From: Zygophlyctis sp. KS116 | Taxonomy: Eukaryota; Fungi; Chytridiomycota | Reading direction: 5' to 3' | DNA length: 32,000 nt | Assembly (NCBI GenBank): GCA_054661495.1 | Contig: BAAFSQ010000024.1 | Coordinates: 1-32,000 of the forward strand | Shown here: piece after piece, positions 1 to 12,345 of the stretch | Numbering within the stretch: position 1 is the first letter of the stretch | Layout: each line of letters opens with the position of its first letter | Notes under the pieces: generated by a model | The model's input: the letters and a program-made list of their open reading frames with translations, nothing else | Told to the model about the DNA's origin: nothing | Database searches by the model: none | Program-made: the position numbers and the translations under genes

Positions 1-192
1 ATCCTTTCCTTTCCAAGAAGAGGCCTGAATTTCTACAACTGTTTCTTCGATTTCTACTTTCTCCTTTTTTTGAGTTTCCGCCATGTCTCGTTTAACAACA
101 TCTACAAACTTCAGGGGTTTTTTAGCGACATCACGTGGCACCTTGCTGAAGGGTGTTTTATCCACAGTTAAGCCTCCGCCCCTAAAATTCGA
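1..192 (-). CDS. Possible 5' part of a gene running off the window edge (unknown product)
   Basis: Minus frame open from 192 to 1, ATG at 84 (MAETQKKEKVEIEETVVEIQASSWKGKD...). No family recognised and the true start is unresolved. Confidence 0.3.
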
Positions 193-282
193 TCAAATGA
201 ACGGCGGATAATATAAACAGTAAATGTTATTGAAATCTCTTTGAACATTTTTTATTTTTTAATTTACTGAAATTCCGACACG

Positions 283-320
283 CAGGCCGGTTCAGGCCCA
301 GGCCGGCACAGGCCGGCCAG
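283..320. repeat. GC-rich CAGGCC(GG) short repeat cluster
   Basis: CAGGCC at 283, 293, 299 and 309 (CAGGCCGG at 283, 299, 309) in an otherwise AT-rich background. Confidence 0.75.
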
Positions 321-453
321 ATAGTTTTTTTCCAAATAGCTTGCTTTAGAACCTGCGAAAACGTATCATTGTACGGGAAATTATTTGTATCGCCTCACCC
401 GAGAGGCTGAGCAAATTTCTATTATCATGAATATTTTATTGATGGTTTTGTCC

Positions 454-529
454 TAAACAACAAATCTGGAGAATCGTTAAATTTGGCTCGTTAAACAACA
501 AATCTGGAGAATCGTAAAATTTGGCTCGT
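454..529. repeat. 38-bp tandem duplication
   Basis: TAAACAACAAATCTGGAGAATCGT(T/A)AAATTTGGCTCGT at 454-491 and 492-529, one mismatch. Confidence 0.95.
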
Positions 530-621
530 AATGATGAAGTTTGACTCAACTCCTTCATTAGCCAAGCATTTCCTTTTCTGATTAATTCGCTTGAGTCTAC
601 GCTGCGGAGATTACTTCAACA

Positions 622-650
622 ATTTGTTATAGTCCAGGACTATAACAAAT
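622..650. repeat. Perfect inverted repeat, 14-bp arms with 1-nt spacer
   Basis: ATTTGTTATAGTCC-A-GGACTATAACAAAT. Confidence 0.95.
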
Positions 651-701
651 CCTGATCAATATTTTGAGTTCTATCGCCTAAACAGAAACCTAAATTTGAA
701 A

Positions 702-1188
702 ATGGCTTCTCATCTTGACTTAATGGAAGAAGCAATAAATAGTGCTCAAAAATCCCCCATGAGTAATAAGGCATTTTCAGTGGGAGCGGTGGTTGCTTTA
801 GACGGGAAAATTTTATGTACTGGCTATTCTAGAGAGTTAAACGACAGCATGCATGCAGAAGAGGTGTGTATAGCCAAACTAGCAGAGCTGAATGTTGATC
901 ATTCCAAGTTAATCATGTATACAACAATGGAACCTTGTGGTGAGAGACTGTCAGGAAAAAAGTGTTGTGCAGATCTCATCGTTGATGCAAGAATACCTAC
1001 TGTAGTCATCGGGGCTCTTGAGCCTAAAGTCTTTATTAAATTTACCAAAGGAATCGAAAAATTGAAACAGAAACATATTAAAATAATTATGCTACCTGAA
1101 TTTCAAGGTATATTAATATGCTTATAAAGATTTAGAACGATGTTTGCAACCAAACTGTCATTTTGAATGTTTTGAATGTTTATCTTGA
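702..1188 (+). CDS. Zinc-dependent cytidine-deaminase-fold protein, stand-alone Rib2-type (DRAP) deaminase, about 152 aa
   Basis: HAE and TMEPCGERLSGKKCC zinc motifs. Intron 1108-1135 (28 nt; in-frame alternative AG at 1129) gives ...PEFQERCLQPNCHF...; TGA 1186-1188. Confidence 0.8.
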
Positions 1189-2207
1189 TCCAAAAACTTT
1201 CACTCTCAAATTTCCTTCTGCTCTTCCATAGCGATCTACTTCATCTCCTGCAAAAGCAAGAATATATTTTGACGGATGCCAAGACACTGCATTTGTTGTT
1301 GCAAAACACCCTATAGTTTTTATAGAGTCTCCTGTTTCAACATGAGACTAGAATTTACTAAAACCAGTTCTTACTATATCTATATTATTTTCTTCTGAAC
1401 CTGAGGCGATCAGTTCGCCGTCATATGATAAGCTTATTGTTCTAACAGGCCAACTACACTTGAAAACAACAAAAGTTACTCTAATTTCCCAAAAGTCCGA
1501 AAACATGATAGGTTATCCATATCCCATACAGAGGCCAATGCATCAGCGCCTCCCAAAGCAAAATATCTCCCTTTAGGATCAAAATCAATACAATAAATAT
1601 TAGAAGTATGAGCCTGAACTTCGTAAATCATTTCCAAGCAAGGAAACTTGTAAATCCGAACCGTGCCTACAATCAGTAAAATTGAAATACCTTTTCCAGT
1701 CGTCATAAAAAAATATTCACCCGACCAATCCCAACCTATTTCATTGACTTCTACATCCATTTTCAGAGTCTTCAAAATGGTTGGATTCTTATTACTTGCA
1801 CCTCTTTGATCAAAAAAAATCAAGACATCATCCTTATTCCCTACAACGACAAACTTCCCATCATAAGACCACCTCAAATTTATATTTTCGCCTGGAGTTG
1901 AAATTGAGTGTACTGGAATTTTAGGAGTTCTTGCATCCCAAAACTTTATAGTTTTATCAAGCGAAGCAGTACATAATTTTTCCGGATGATTAGGATCCCA
2001 AGCCAATTGAGACACATCACCTGAATGTCCTTTGAGTTCAGAAACAGATTCTTTTCTATCCAATGACCAGATCCGTACACAGTTATCCAACGATCCAGAC
2101 GCCAATCGCCTCCCATCAGAGTTCCAACCCAAAGAATGTACCTTGTCTCTATGCCCACTAAAGACCTTGGACTCCATCGAGTCAAGATAAGATCTCAACT
2201 TGAGCAT
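1180..2207 (-). CDS. THOC3: THO complex subunit 3 (Tex1), WD40 protein, 316 aa
   Basis: GHRDKVHSLGWNSDGRRLASGSLD, EVNEIGW, CIDFDPKGRYFALGGADALASVWD. Introns 1667-1690, 1454-1479 and 1348-1374 restore KLDWPVR and DISHVETG; ends VKVFGSR-TAA. Confidence 0.92.
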
Positions 2208-2211
2208 TTTA

Positions 2212-2220
2212 AAACCCTAA
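2212..2220 (+). promoter_or_regulatory. Telobox-like AAACCCTAA element between divergent THOC3 and TAF11 starts
   Basis: Fills most of the 14-bp gap between the two ATGs; variants recur in other 5' intergenic regions. Function is inferred. Confidence 0.4.
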
Positions 2221-2221
2221 A

Positions 2222-2641
2222 ATGGACGACGACGAAGCCTTTGACGATGATGAAATTTTCAATTACATTTCTCAAGAACAGTCTGAAGAGTATAAATCCG
2301 AAATCAAGTAATCTTTTTATTTTAAATTTAGATCCATTCTAGATACATTTACTCCTTATCAAATGGCTAGATATGAAGCCTACAGAAGAGCAGGATTATC
2401 AAAACCAATTATTAAAAAATTCTTACAATCTAGTGTAGGATCATCAATTCAAGCATCTACAGTAATTGTAGTTGCTGGAGCAGCTAAAGTATTTATAGGA
2501 GAAATCATTGAATCTGCTTTAGAGATTGCTAAATCTCAAGGTGACACTGGATCTTTACAACCTGGTCATTTAAGAGAAGCATACAGATTGTACAAAAATG
2601 CGCGGGAGAAATCTAACTCTAGGCGGAGGCTGCTTCGGTGA
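2222..2641 (+). CDS. TAF11: TFIID subunit TAF11 (histone fold), 131 aa
   Basis: ATG 2222, intron 2308-2331 (24 nt); FTPYQMARYEAYRRAGL...AKVFIGEIIE...LQPGHLREAYRLY. Confidence 0.9.
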
Positions 2642-2768
2642 TTTTTCAAGTCTGATGTCTTTGTAATAGCAAGGTGGCGAGGTTAGTGGCAATGGTTGAA
2701 ATTCAAATTTTTTTTGCTCGAAATAAAATTTTTTTCAACGTTATCTACAACGGACTAAAATTATTAAA

Positions 2769-5700
2769 ATGAAAGAATTAAACACTAAAGGAGGATCAAA
2801 CAGATTTAAATATTCTTCTTTTAATGACATAATATCTTCCATATCCATTGATGTGTCTCATATCATCAAGAAATCAAGATTGGAAAATGATTTTTATTTT
2901 CAACAAGGACTCTTAAAATGGAAAGACTTGAATGCATCATCTGATTTTAAGAAGTTTCTAAAAGAAATTTCCTCTTATCAGTCTCTAGTTCAGATTGTTC
3001 ATCACAAAACGGAAATTGTGGAAATTTTAATAAGAAATTTAGAAAATAAGGACTCACTTGCTTTGGAACCGCTGTTATGGCTCACTGTTGATTTAGCAAA
3101 AGATTTGTTGGAGGATTTTTATCCTTTTTATTTGGATTTTCTGAAATCTTTCTCTAATCTTTTGAAATCTTCTCAAGATCCAAGTCTTATACAGAATGTT
3201 TTTACAACAATGGCATGGCTATTTAAAATCAATCATAAAAAATTGTCAAAAGATGTTATTCCAACTTTTAATGTCCTGGTTGGCTTGCTGGGATCTAAAG
3301 ATTATATACAGACTTTTACGGCAGAGTCTTTTGGATTTCTAGTAAGGAAATTAGACAAGGATCAGCTAAAGGAATTGTTTACAAGAATGAAGCAACTCTT
3401 GGATGAAAATGAAAATTTAGGTCATGGTGTTGGCCTAGTTTTGATTGAGGCAATCAAGGTATAAATTTATTATTATTAATATTAGCATGTCAGAGGGAAT
3501 TTACATTCTCGTGGATTAGAGATATTTGGAGAATTCTGCCATGTTTTAAGTAAAAATAGGGTGGTTTTGGAAAATCTATCGATGTTAGCGGCAAAAAATC
3601 TTTCTAATGAGGCGTTGAATCAATTATTTCAATTTTTATTAAGTGAAATTAATTTGCACTCTTCAGACAATTACTACTCTATCGTCTCAATGTTCAGTAT
3701 GGCAAATATTTTCCTTTTATTCAGAAATGGTAGTTATATACATGGTAAATTGATTTATCCTAATGAAAGATAAAACTGTTCTGATGTCCACTGTTTCATC
3801 TCTTACTAAATTTTTAGATTTAAATAAGCTTTCAGATCACGAAAAAACCATTTTTATTTTGTTTTTTTCTCAAAGCTATGTACTCTTTTCTTCAGGAGAT
3901 ATACTCTCTAAGTTTAGTGATAGCATTGAATTCATGTTTTCTTTGGAACCAAAAGATTTGATATTTTGCTGCTACGTTATATTAAGTTCATCTTGGAAGC
4001 CTTTTTACAATATATTATGGGAATCTCTTATTTTATATATACATAAAAATTGGGAACAAAACAAAAGTCTGTTTGTTAGATTTATCGGCTTTGTATTTTC
4101 AGATAAATGCTCATTCCTTCAATATTCAATGCCTCGCTTGAAGGATGGCCGTTTTAAGCTTTCTCTTTTTTCTTCAAATGGTAATTTTGGGCTGGAGAGT
4201 ATGATGTGTAAATTTTTAAAATTCAGTCCTAGTCTTTGCGGGAAAGAAAAAGAGGTATTTCATCAATATTAACGTTAGAATGATGATATTTGGATAAATG
4301 CCTTCACATTGCTCGATTTATTGACATCGTTCTCGTTGGAAAACTCAAAGATACTAGAATGTATTCAGAGTTTTGCCTTGGACTGTTGCCAATTTTATTT
4401 GCGGACAGATGTTGATTCTGTACAAGACCTTTCAGCTACAGCCTCACTTATAGGAAAATGTCTTAAAGTATTATCTTTATCTAGGAATCATTCCAGCTTA
4501 ATGGATGATCGCGTTATGGATTTACTCAAAAACACCCATGCCAATTCTGATTTGTTAGACGGAATCTCGGTATATATACAATTTTCGCCTTCTTCCTTTG
4601 AAATCAATGATTTCGAGAATTGCTACTTCTCTTGTTCAAATTATATTTATCATAAAGACGCCAACATCAGAATGAATACTTTGAAGCTTTTGAAAAATCT
4701 AGACGAAAAACATCAGGCAAAATATCCGGTATATTTTAATTTTTATCTAAATAATTCAGATTTTCAAATTTTTATTGGAAATTGAGTCGACAAGTAATAT
4801 TATAGAAAATGTTCGGCATAAAACGAACAACATTCGCCATCTGGAGACAGTATTTTTAACCCACGATATAAAAATCGTTCGAGATGCAGTAATGAAATAC
4901 TTTTTCGGTAAGTTTCAAATAATTTATGTTAGGAATATTCTCAATCAATTTTACTCCGCTTTGGGATCAAGCTTCTAAATCGCTTTCCGTGGTTGCAGCA
5001 TTCCATCCGCCGTCATTTTGGAAAGTTTTCATGGATATTTATTCCAAGTTGTGCTTTGAGAGTGTTATAAGCGAAACAGAGGCTGATGATGGAAGAAGTT
5101 CATTTTATGAAGATTGCCCCTTTGGCACGGATCGAATCATTGAGTGGAATTTATGCTATGGGAAAGTTCATTCGAAACCCCATTTTTTCTTATCTCAGGT
5201 AATAACTCCAGTTTATATGACAATCAGGAGAAGCGCCTAAGTTTGAGCGATTGTACTATGTACCAGCATTTATTGAAAGTAATTGAAAAGACCCCCTCCG
5301 TTTCTGGAGGATATGCAAAAGAAGTGGTGGCGCTGTTTATGGAACATCATAAAGATCACCATTTAAAATATCGCCAGATTACTTTTGGATACCTAAAGAT
5401 ATTATCAATCATACGAGGGTTATCTAAATTTCTTATTTTAAATTCGGAATTATTTAATATTTTGCTGCACATGCTTGGATCTGGAGAATTAAAGTTACAG
5501 GAACTCTCATTCGAATGTGTGGTTCATTTCAAGGATAACTCTTTAGAAAAGTATGCAGGGTATATACGAGAAATGATCAAAGAAGAAAGTTTTTTCGAAA
5601 CTCTAACTTCATTTGACGACACAAATTTAGAAGCAACTGCTATGATTTTAGACGTTGTTTCTCGTGTTTTGTTTGGAAAACTGATCAGCAAGAGTGGTAG

Positions 5701-8700
5701 AAGCTCCAAAAATCTCACAAAATCTCGAAGAAAGGCTATATTCGGGTTTTTGGCAAAATTCCGAACGTTTTTAAGCCCATTTATAGATTTAATGGTTCAA
5801 CCATTTGTTTCTGAAAATGCATATAAAGTTGATCGTTACGAATTGGGATTTCTCAGTATACTTGAAGACTGCATAAACCAATTGCAGCTTTTCCTGTCTC
5901 ATGACATACTTTCACGATTGTGTGATTCATTAGTTTTTATTGGAAGACAACCTGATGTTAACATTATAGAAGTAGAAAACGAAGAATCAGATAAAAATAT
6001 CAGGACATTATGCTTAAAAAGATGGAGACAGCTATTTGAAATGGACTCGGAAATGGATTTTTCTCCGTACAGAAGTTCAATACTGGAAAACTTACTTTCG
6101 CATAAAATTAAAAAATTTGCTTGCGAAAACACTCAAGCTCCCAGTTCTATTTTATTGATATGCGCAGTTTGGGCAAAGAGTACCATATATGCCGAATGGC
6201 TCTTTGATAAAAAAATAGACGGTCTAGTAGCCAATATTATCGCCATAATGTCTGAAAAGAAAGTAAAGGACTCTGTTATTTCTGTGGTTCTGTCGATTAT
6301 TGAAGATTTACAAAACCTTTGCTTGACAGGATCTACTGATGAAATGATTGCAATTAATTATCGAAAGATTTTCCCTGAAATCCTATTTCACAGCAAAAAT
6401 GTCTTGAAAGCTTCTTTAGACTCGAGGAAAATTTTACCATATCAAATGCGTCTCATATCCATCATATCAGAAGCAGCTCTATTGGGTGCGAAGGTAGAAG
6501 ATTGTCTCGAAATTTTGGAAATTCTTTTTCCTTACTTAAAAAAGCCTTCAAAGTTTTTTTCAGAAAAACTTAAAACTCACTTGATGAATATATTCATAAG
6601 TTTTTCAGATTGTATCCCTCAGGATCAGAAAATTTTGGATTTTTCCATGCATTTTAGAACAATTTCACAGCTATATTCTACTTTAGAAACTCGTTTAGCT
6701 CGCCAAACTTTGAATAATGTAATGAATGTTTTTGCATCTTGGGACTCAAATATAATTCCTATTTCGGAGCTATTGAAAGGCTTTAATTCTTTCGATGAAA
6801 AAAGAATTGATGAACCAGATTTCAAAAAACAGATGAAGGCATTTGCACAGCTAAATAATGAACTTCTTCATAAATTAAACAGAAATCAATGGCTACCCGT
6901 CATTTATCAATTATTGTATTCTGTTAAATCTCTGGATTATGCTACAAGGAATTCTGCAGCCCTTTCTCTGGAACTTTTCATTACTATGGCTGCGAATCTA
7001 AAATCTTTAGCTGATGATGAGTCTTTAAACATTCTTAATTTGATCGAACATGTCATTTTACCAGCAATTAAGTCCGGTTTAAAAAGTGCTCCAGAAACGG
7101 TTCGAGTTGAATATATGCGATTTCTAGGAATAATAATTAAATTATTTAAGTCATGGAAGCTATCTGAAGAACTCTCTGAATTATTGGGGACTGATGACGA
7201 AACTGACTTTTTTTCTAATATTTACCACCTTCAATCGCATCGTAGAAGTAGGGCGATTAGATCATTGGAGGCACTTATTGCAAAGGGAAATATATCTTCT
7301 TCCACAATCTCGAATATATTTATGCCTTTGTTGAATCATTTTATATTGGAAAGCAAAGGGAACGATCATAATTTTACAAATGATGTAATTCGTGTAATTG
7401 GAGCTTGTTCAAAATTCTTAAACTGGGGACATTATTCTGCATATGTTAATCAATATTTGCATCTATTTCAAAAATCCAATGAGATAGAAAAGACTATTTT
7501 TAGGACAATTATACACATTATGGAAGCCTTCCATTTCAAAGTAACTAAACTAATTCAAGATCAGCAAGTTGTTACAAGTAGTGGATCTATAGAGAATTCA
7601 ACTGTGTCTTTAATGTCGGTTCAGAAGCTTGTTTGTAAATTAGAAGATCTCTTCCCCTCCAAGCCTGCCGAGAGCGCGTCACGAATACATGTGGCATATG
7701 CATTGTCGATTATTTACAAACAATATCCTGCAGAAGAAGGTGAACTTAAAGTTTTGAGATTGCTATCAAAGCTTTCTATTATGTTGTCGAATCATGTGCA
7801 AGACTATCGGGATATTTCCAGGGAAGTTTTAGCGAAGATCATTCAGTTTTGGGGATCATCCGTATTTCCTACCGCAATCAAACAGCTTCATCTGCATCTT
7901 GATAAAGGCTATAAAAAGCATATAGTTGCTTATACACTGCATTGGTTATTAGTACAAGTTCTTGACATTATTAGTCCTTCTGATTTGGATTCTGTGTTAG
8001 AAGTTATGGTCAACATATGCATCGATGATATGTTTGGAATTGCAGCAGAAGAGAAAGAGGTTGGGGAGCTGAAATCAAAATTTAAAGAAATCAAGAAAAG
8101 TAAAAGTCTCGATTCTTTAGAGCTTTTAGCTGGGGCAATAAGTTTTAAGTCTGTTGCAGTTCTGTTAGTACCGATTAAAGAGGTAATGATGGTCATAACT
8201 GACAGTAAATCTATTGGAATTATGCGTGAAGCATTCAGAAGAATATCTTTTGGAATAAATTCCAATAAGACAGTGAATTTTGCGGATTTATTCCCATTTA
8301 TCCGTGAACTTCTAACAGAAAACTTTGCATTGTCTCGAGTTAACACAGATCGAAAGAAAAAAACCCAAAGGGAGAGTAATTTCATGGTTCAAATGAAAAG
8401 ACCCTCATCTAAGGATCCTTTGAAGACATTAGCATCTAATGCATACCTTTTCATAGATTTTGGGTTGGCTCTTTTTTTATCATTCCTTAAAAATGGGGAC
8501 TCTTCAAAAATATGCCTCACGTTATTTGATCCATTCGTAGATATATTAGGTTCATTGCTTTATTCTGTACACGATTCAGTATTGTCACAGGTTTTAAAAG
8601 TTTGGTGTATCTTAACTAATTTACGTTTACCTAAATTGGAAAGCGCTGTACCGGTAGTTTTGAAGCGCACAATTGAAATCGTTACGAACAATTCTGATTT

Positions 8701-10431
8701 AGATTCAGAATTGTCTCAAATGGCTTTGCGTTTAATGTCAATACTAATTAGAGAGGGTCATACTGAAAGTCTCTCCTCCAACCAAATTGCAGCAGTTCTA
8801 TTGATATTAAAACCAAACTTGGATGAGCCGAGCAAACAGTCTTTTGTTTTTGGACTTGTTCAATCCATCATCTCCACAAAAATAGTTTGCAATGAAGTTT
8901 ATGATATTATGGAGGAAATCATGCGAAATATGATTGTGAATCAAACAGATAGTATTAGGAATATATGTCGGCTGACATTTGTGAAATTTCTTTTAACATA
9001 CCCTCATGGGCAAGCCAAATTGGACAAACTGGTGGAATTTATAGTTAAAGGGCTTGAATATGAGTATGAATCAGGTCGTTTAACTATTTTGGAGACAATC
9101 AATGACATGGTCGAAAAGTTTTCTGAATCAGTTTTAGCAGAATATTTCGAAATGTTTTTCGTTGCATTGGTCTTGGATATGATCAATGATGAGTCTTCAA
9201 AGTGCAAAGAAGTTTCTGCAGAAGTAGTTAAAAAAGTTCTCCTTAGAGCCTCCAACGCTCAGACAGATAAGCTGACAACTGTCATTCATGCATGGCATGA
9301 TAATTCCTCAAATAAAATGCTTCAACGTGCTGCAATGCAAGTGTATGGGATAATGATCGAAACTTGTTCAGAAAAACTGGGAAATTGGGTGGATGGAATA
9401 ATTGCGCGAGCTGCTAAGGTACTAAATAATTCAATACAGCAGCCTAATGATTTTATCATTTGCGAACACTCTGTAGAAGAAACAGATTGGGCCTTGACAT
9501 ATTATGCAATATCTCTATTCTCAAAAGCCATGGTATATATTCCAGATGTTGCCAGTACCGGTACTCCTGTGGATTGTTTGAAAGAATTATTGCTTCATTC
9601 TCACCAATGGGTTCGGTCTATTACTGGTAAGTTGCTCGGCCAGATATTTTCTTTTTATGACTCTTGCTCTAGTATTATATTAAAAGATAAATTGAAGGAT
9701 GAGGATTTTCTACTCAGTCTAGGCAAAAAAGTTTGTTTACAACTGGATTCAACAACTTCTCTTACGGATGAATTTTCCGTTCAAAACGTCAAAAATTTGG
9801 TATTTATTTCGAAACAAATGATAATCATCGACGAAGAGAATGATAATGAGCACTTACTTATATTGATTAAACTTCTATCTAGGAAATCTAAACAAGAAGC
9901 TTCTAAAAGCAGAAATACCCTCATTGTAACCAATTTTATTTTAATTATCTAGCAAAGTAGTACGTTGAAATGGTTTTCAGCAATCGCCCAAAATATTTGC
10001 CGTCCAAAAATGGAGACTCATTTGAAACCGATATTAGAAATAATCTATCGAATTACTACCGACGAGACAACAAGGGGTGATGATCACGGTAACCTTCATA
10101 ACACTAAATTAATAGATTCTTTAAGAAATTTGGCCAAAGAAGCCCAGGCACATTTGCAAGTTACATGCGATCCCCAAATATATCTCGCAGTATATTCTCA
10201 AGTCAAAGAGTCTGCGATTCAAATGCGAAACGAAAGAAAAGTCGAAAGAAGTGTTATGGTAGCTTTTTCTATGTTTTTAATAATTAGGCAGTAGTTGATC
10301 CGGAAAAGTACGCAAAGAGGAAGGCACAGAAAAACGTCATCAAGAGAGCCCAAAAGAAGCGCAAAGTCCAAGAATACTCAAAAAACAAAATCAAAAACAC
10401 GTTGTCTTTAAAAAGATCTCGTATTAGCTAA
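2769..10431 (+). CDS. UTP20: SSU processome component Utp20 (HEAT repeats), about 2472 aa
   Basis: KWKDLNAS, EPLL..LAKDL, RIDEPDF, NIYHLQSHRRSRA, LEYEYESGR and basic tail. Nine introns: 3459-3485, 3745-3769, 4255-4278, 4729-4759, 4908-4932, 5199-5227, 9926-9952, 10089-10115, 10259-10287; spliced length 7419 nt. Confidence 0.93.
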
Positions 10432-10496
10432 TAGCTTTTTTTTCCAAAACTGGAAACTAAATAAGAAATTGATTCTTCTGATAATCATGTGCTGAA

Positions 10497-11738
10497 TTAG
10501 ATTCTAAATATTAAATTAAAAATAAAATTACAATTCTGCAAAATTCATTGGCATTTCATCCACTTGAGTGTTATAAAATGTTTCAATATCACGGAGTGCC
10601 GGAACTTCTTCGGTACTAACAAAGTTAATGGCAACACCTTTACGTCCAAATCTACCACCACGACCAATTCTAGAAATTAACCATTTCTAACAACTTACCG
10701 ATGAATATAATTTTCACGGTTTGATGGAATGTCATAATTAATAACAAGAGATACTTGCTGCACATCAATACCACGAGCAAGCAAATCAGTTGTAATCAAA
10801 ACACGGGATGAACCAGAACGAAATTCTTTCATGATGAGATCACGCTGGGATTGATCCATTTCTCCGTGCATTGCAGACACCACAAAATCCTTGGCAAGCA
10901 TTTGCTCAGTAAGCCATTCAACCTTTCGACGAGTGTTACAAAAAATAACAGCTTGAGTAATAGTAATTGATTCATACAAGTCCAAAAGAGTCCCTAATTT
11001 CCATTCTTCTTTTTCAACAGAAACATAAAATTGTTTAATACCTTCCAATGTTAATTCATCTCTTTTAACCAAGATTTTGATTGGATCTCTCATAAACTTT
11101 TTAGTAACTTCCAATACTTCTGAAGGCATTGTAGCACTTAACAATACAACTTGAGTACTTCCAGGCAATAACTGAAATACATCATAAATTTGTTCTTTAA
11201 ACCCACGAGAAAGCATTTCATCTGCTTCATCCAAAACAAACATTTTAATATTATTTGTTTTTAGAGCTCCTCTATTAATCATATCAAACACTCTTCCAGG
11301 TGTTCCAACAACCACATGAACTCCTTGTTCTAAAAGAGCAATATCATCCCGAACAGAGGTTCCTCCAATACAAGCATGACATTCAATTTTCAAGAATTCG
11401 GACAAGGACTTTACAACTTTTTTAATTTGCAGAGCCAATTCTCTAGTTGGAGCCAAAACCAATGCTTGACAAGCCTTTACACTTGCATCCACTTGCTGCA
11501 AGATTGAAATAGAAAAAGTAGCAGTTTTCCCAGTTCCTGATTGTGCCTGTGCAATCACATCATGTCCTTTTAAAACTGGCATAATAGCTCTCTGTTGAAT
11601 AGCCGAAGGTTTTTCAAAACCATAAGCAAAGATTCCTCTTAGCAATTCATCCTTGAGACCTATGTCATCAAACTTGTCTACCACTTCTTCCCAATTAGAT
11701 TCGATTTCCCCTTCGGGCACTTGCTCCGCCGTTGCCAT
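10497..11738 (-). CDS. TIF1: Translation initiation factor eIF4A, DEAD-box helicase, 394 aa
   Basis: [45 protein letters not shown]. Introns 10670-10698 and 10504-10531 (the latter gives C-terminal AELI). Confidence 0.96.
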
Positions 11739-11814
11739 AATTTTTTTTTACAACCCTTAAAACTCTAGGTTTCATATTTAATCAGCAGGAAAATTTTCTT
11801 ATAAACCGTTTTTA

Positions 11815-12315
11815 TTAAAGAGGAGCAGTCTCTTCCATGACTGCATCCCAACTCTCTTGTATATTTTTTGATTTTTCTTCTTGTAAAGGATTAGACATCC
11901 ATGCTGGAACTTTTAATTCTGTATTTTCTTTTTTACTAGGTTTTTGAGTTGTTTTAATAGAATTAAATAATTGTACAACTCCTCTAGTCGCAATTTTCCT
12001 AAGAGTTTTTTCATTCCCATCAATTGTAGGAATTTTGCAAACATTAATTTTTTCAGCTTTTCTAGACTCTAAAAGAATTTTTATAGCTCTTTGTTCTAAT
12101 TTATGATTATCTAGAGATTTTTCTATTCCCTTGTTTAAAGATAAAATTGGTTTTGAAGTTTTATGAGAAGAATCTAAAATTTTATGCAATGCATTTGACA
12201 TTTTGATGCTTTTTTCCTGTTGACCAATGCCTTCATCCTGCAAGTCTTGCTGATCCTCTAAATTCTCTAAATTCTCTTGTAAAGTTTGTAAAGATTCAAG
12301 AGACTCTGTTTGCAT
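11815..12315 (-). CDS. RRP15: Ribosome biogenesis protein Rrp15, 166 aa
   Basis: PILS motif and EKTLRKIATRGVVQLFNSI signature; single exon. Confidence 0.85.
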   Translation of the reverse strand: MQTESLESLQTLQENLENLEDQQDLQDEGIGQQEKSIKMSNALHKILDSSHKTSKPILSLNKGIEKSLDNHKLEQRAIKILLESRKAEKINVCKIPTIDGNEKTLRKIATRGVVQLFNSIKTTQKPSKKENTELKVPAWMSNPLQEEKSKNIQESWDAVMEETAPL

Positions 12316-12345
12316 TTTTTATTTTTTTTTATAAAAATTTCCTCT

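Noticed and set aside
330-420. snRNA or RNase P/MRP RNA (Sm-like AATTATTTG plus hairpin; GGGAAATT)
   Set aside because: No U1, U2, U4, U5, U6 or P4 signature could be matched.
454-529. CRISPR-like repeat
   Set aside because: Two directly adjacent copies with no spacer, no cas genes, eukaryotic context.
531-581. Short canonical box C/D snoRNA (ATGATGA...CTGA)
   Set aside because: Only about 50 nt, no terminal stem and no recognisable rRNA guide; kept only within the broader structured-segment finding.
5524-9255. Antisense and alternate-frame ORFs (5524-5718, 5899-6132, 6625-6825, 7930-8385, 9004-9255; likewise 19256-19618, 22674-22931, 25029-25292, 27137-27409 and similar)
   Set aside because: Shadows of real genes, mostly non-ATG starts, no recognisable motifs.
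2769-10431. Frameshifted pseudogenes or programmed frameshifting suggested by the fragmented ORF track (UTP20, REV3 and others)
   Set aside because: Every break coincides with a GT(GC)..AG segment whose removal restores frame and conserved motifs.
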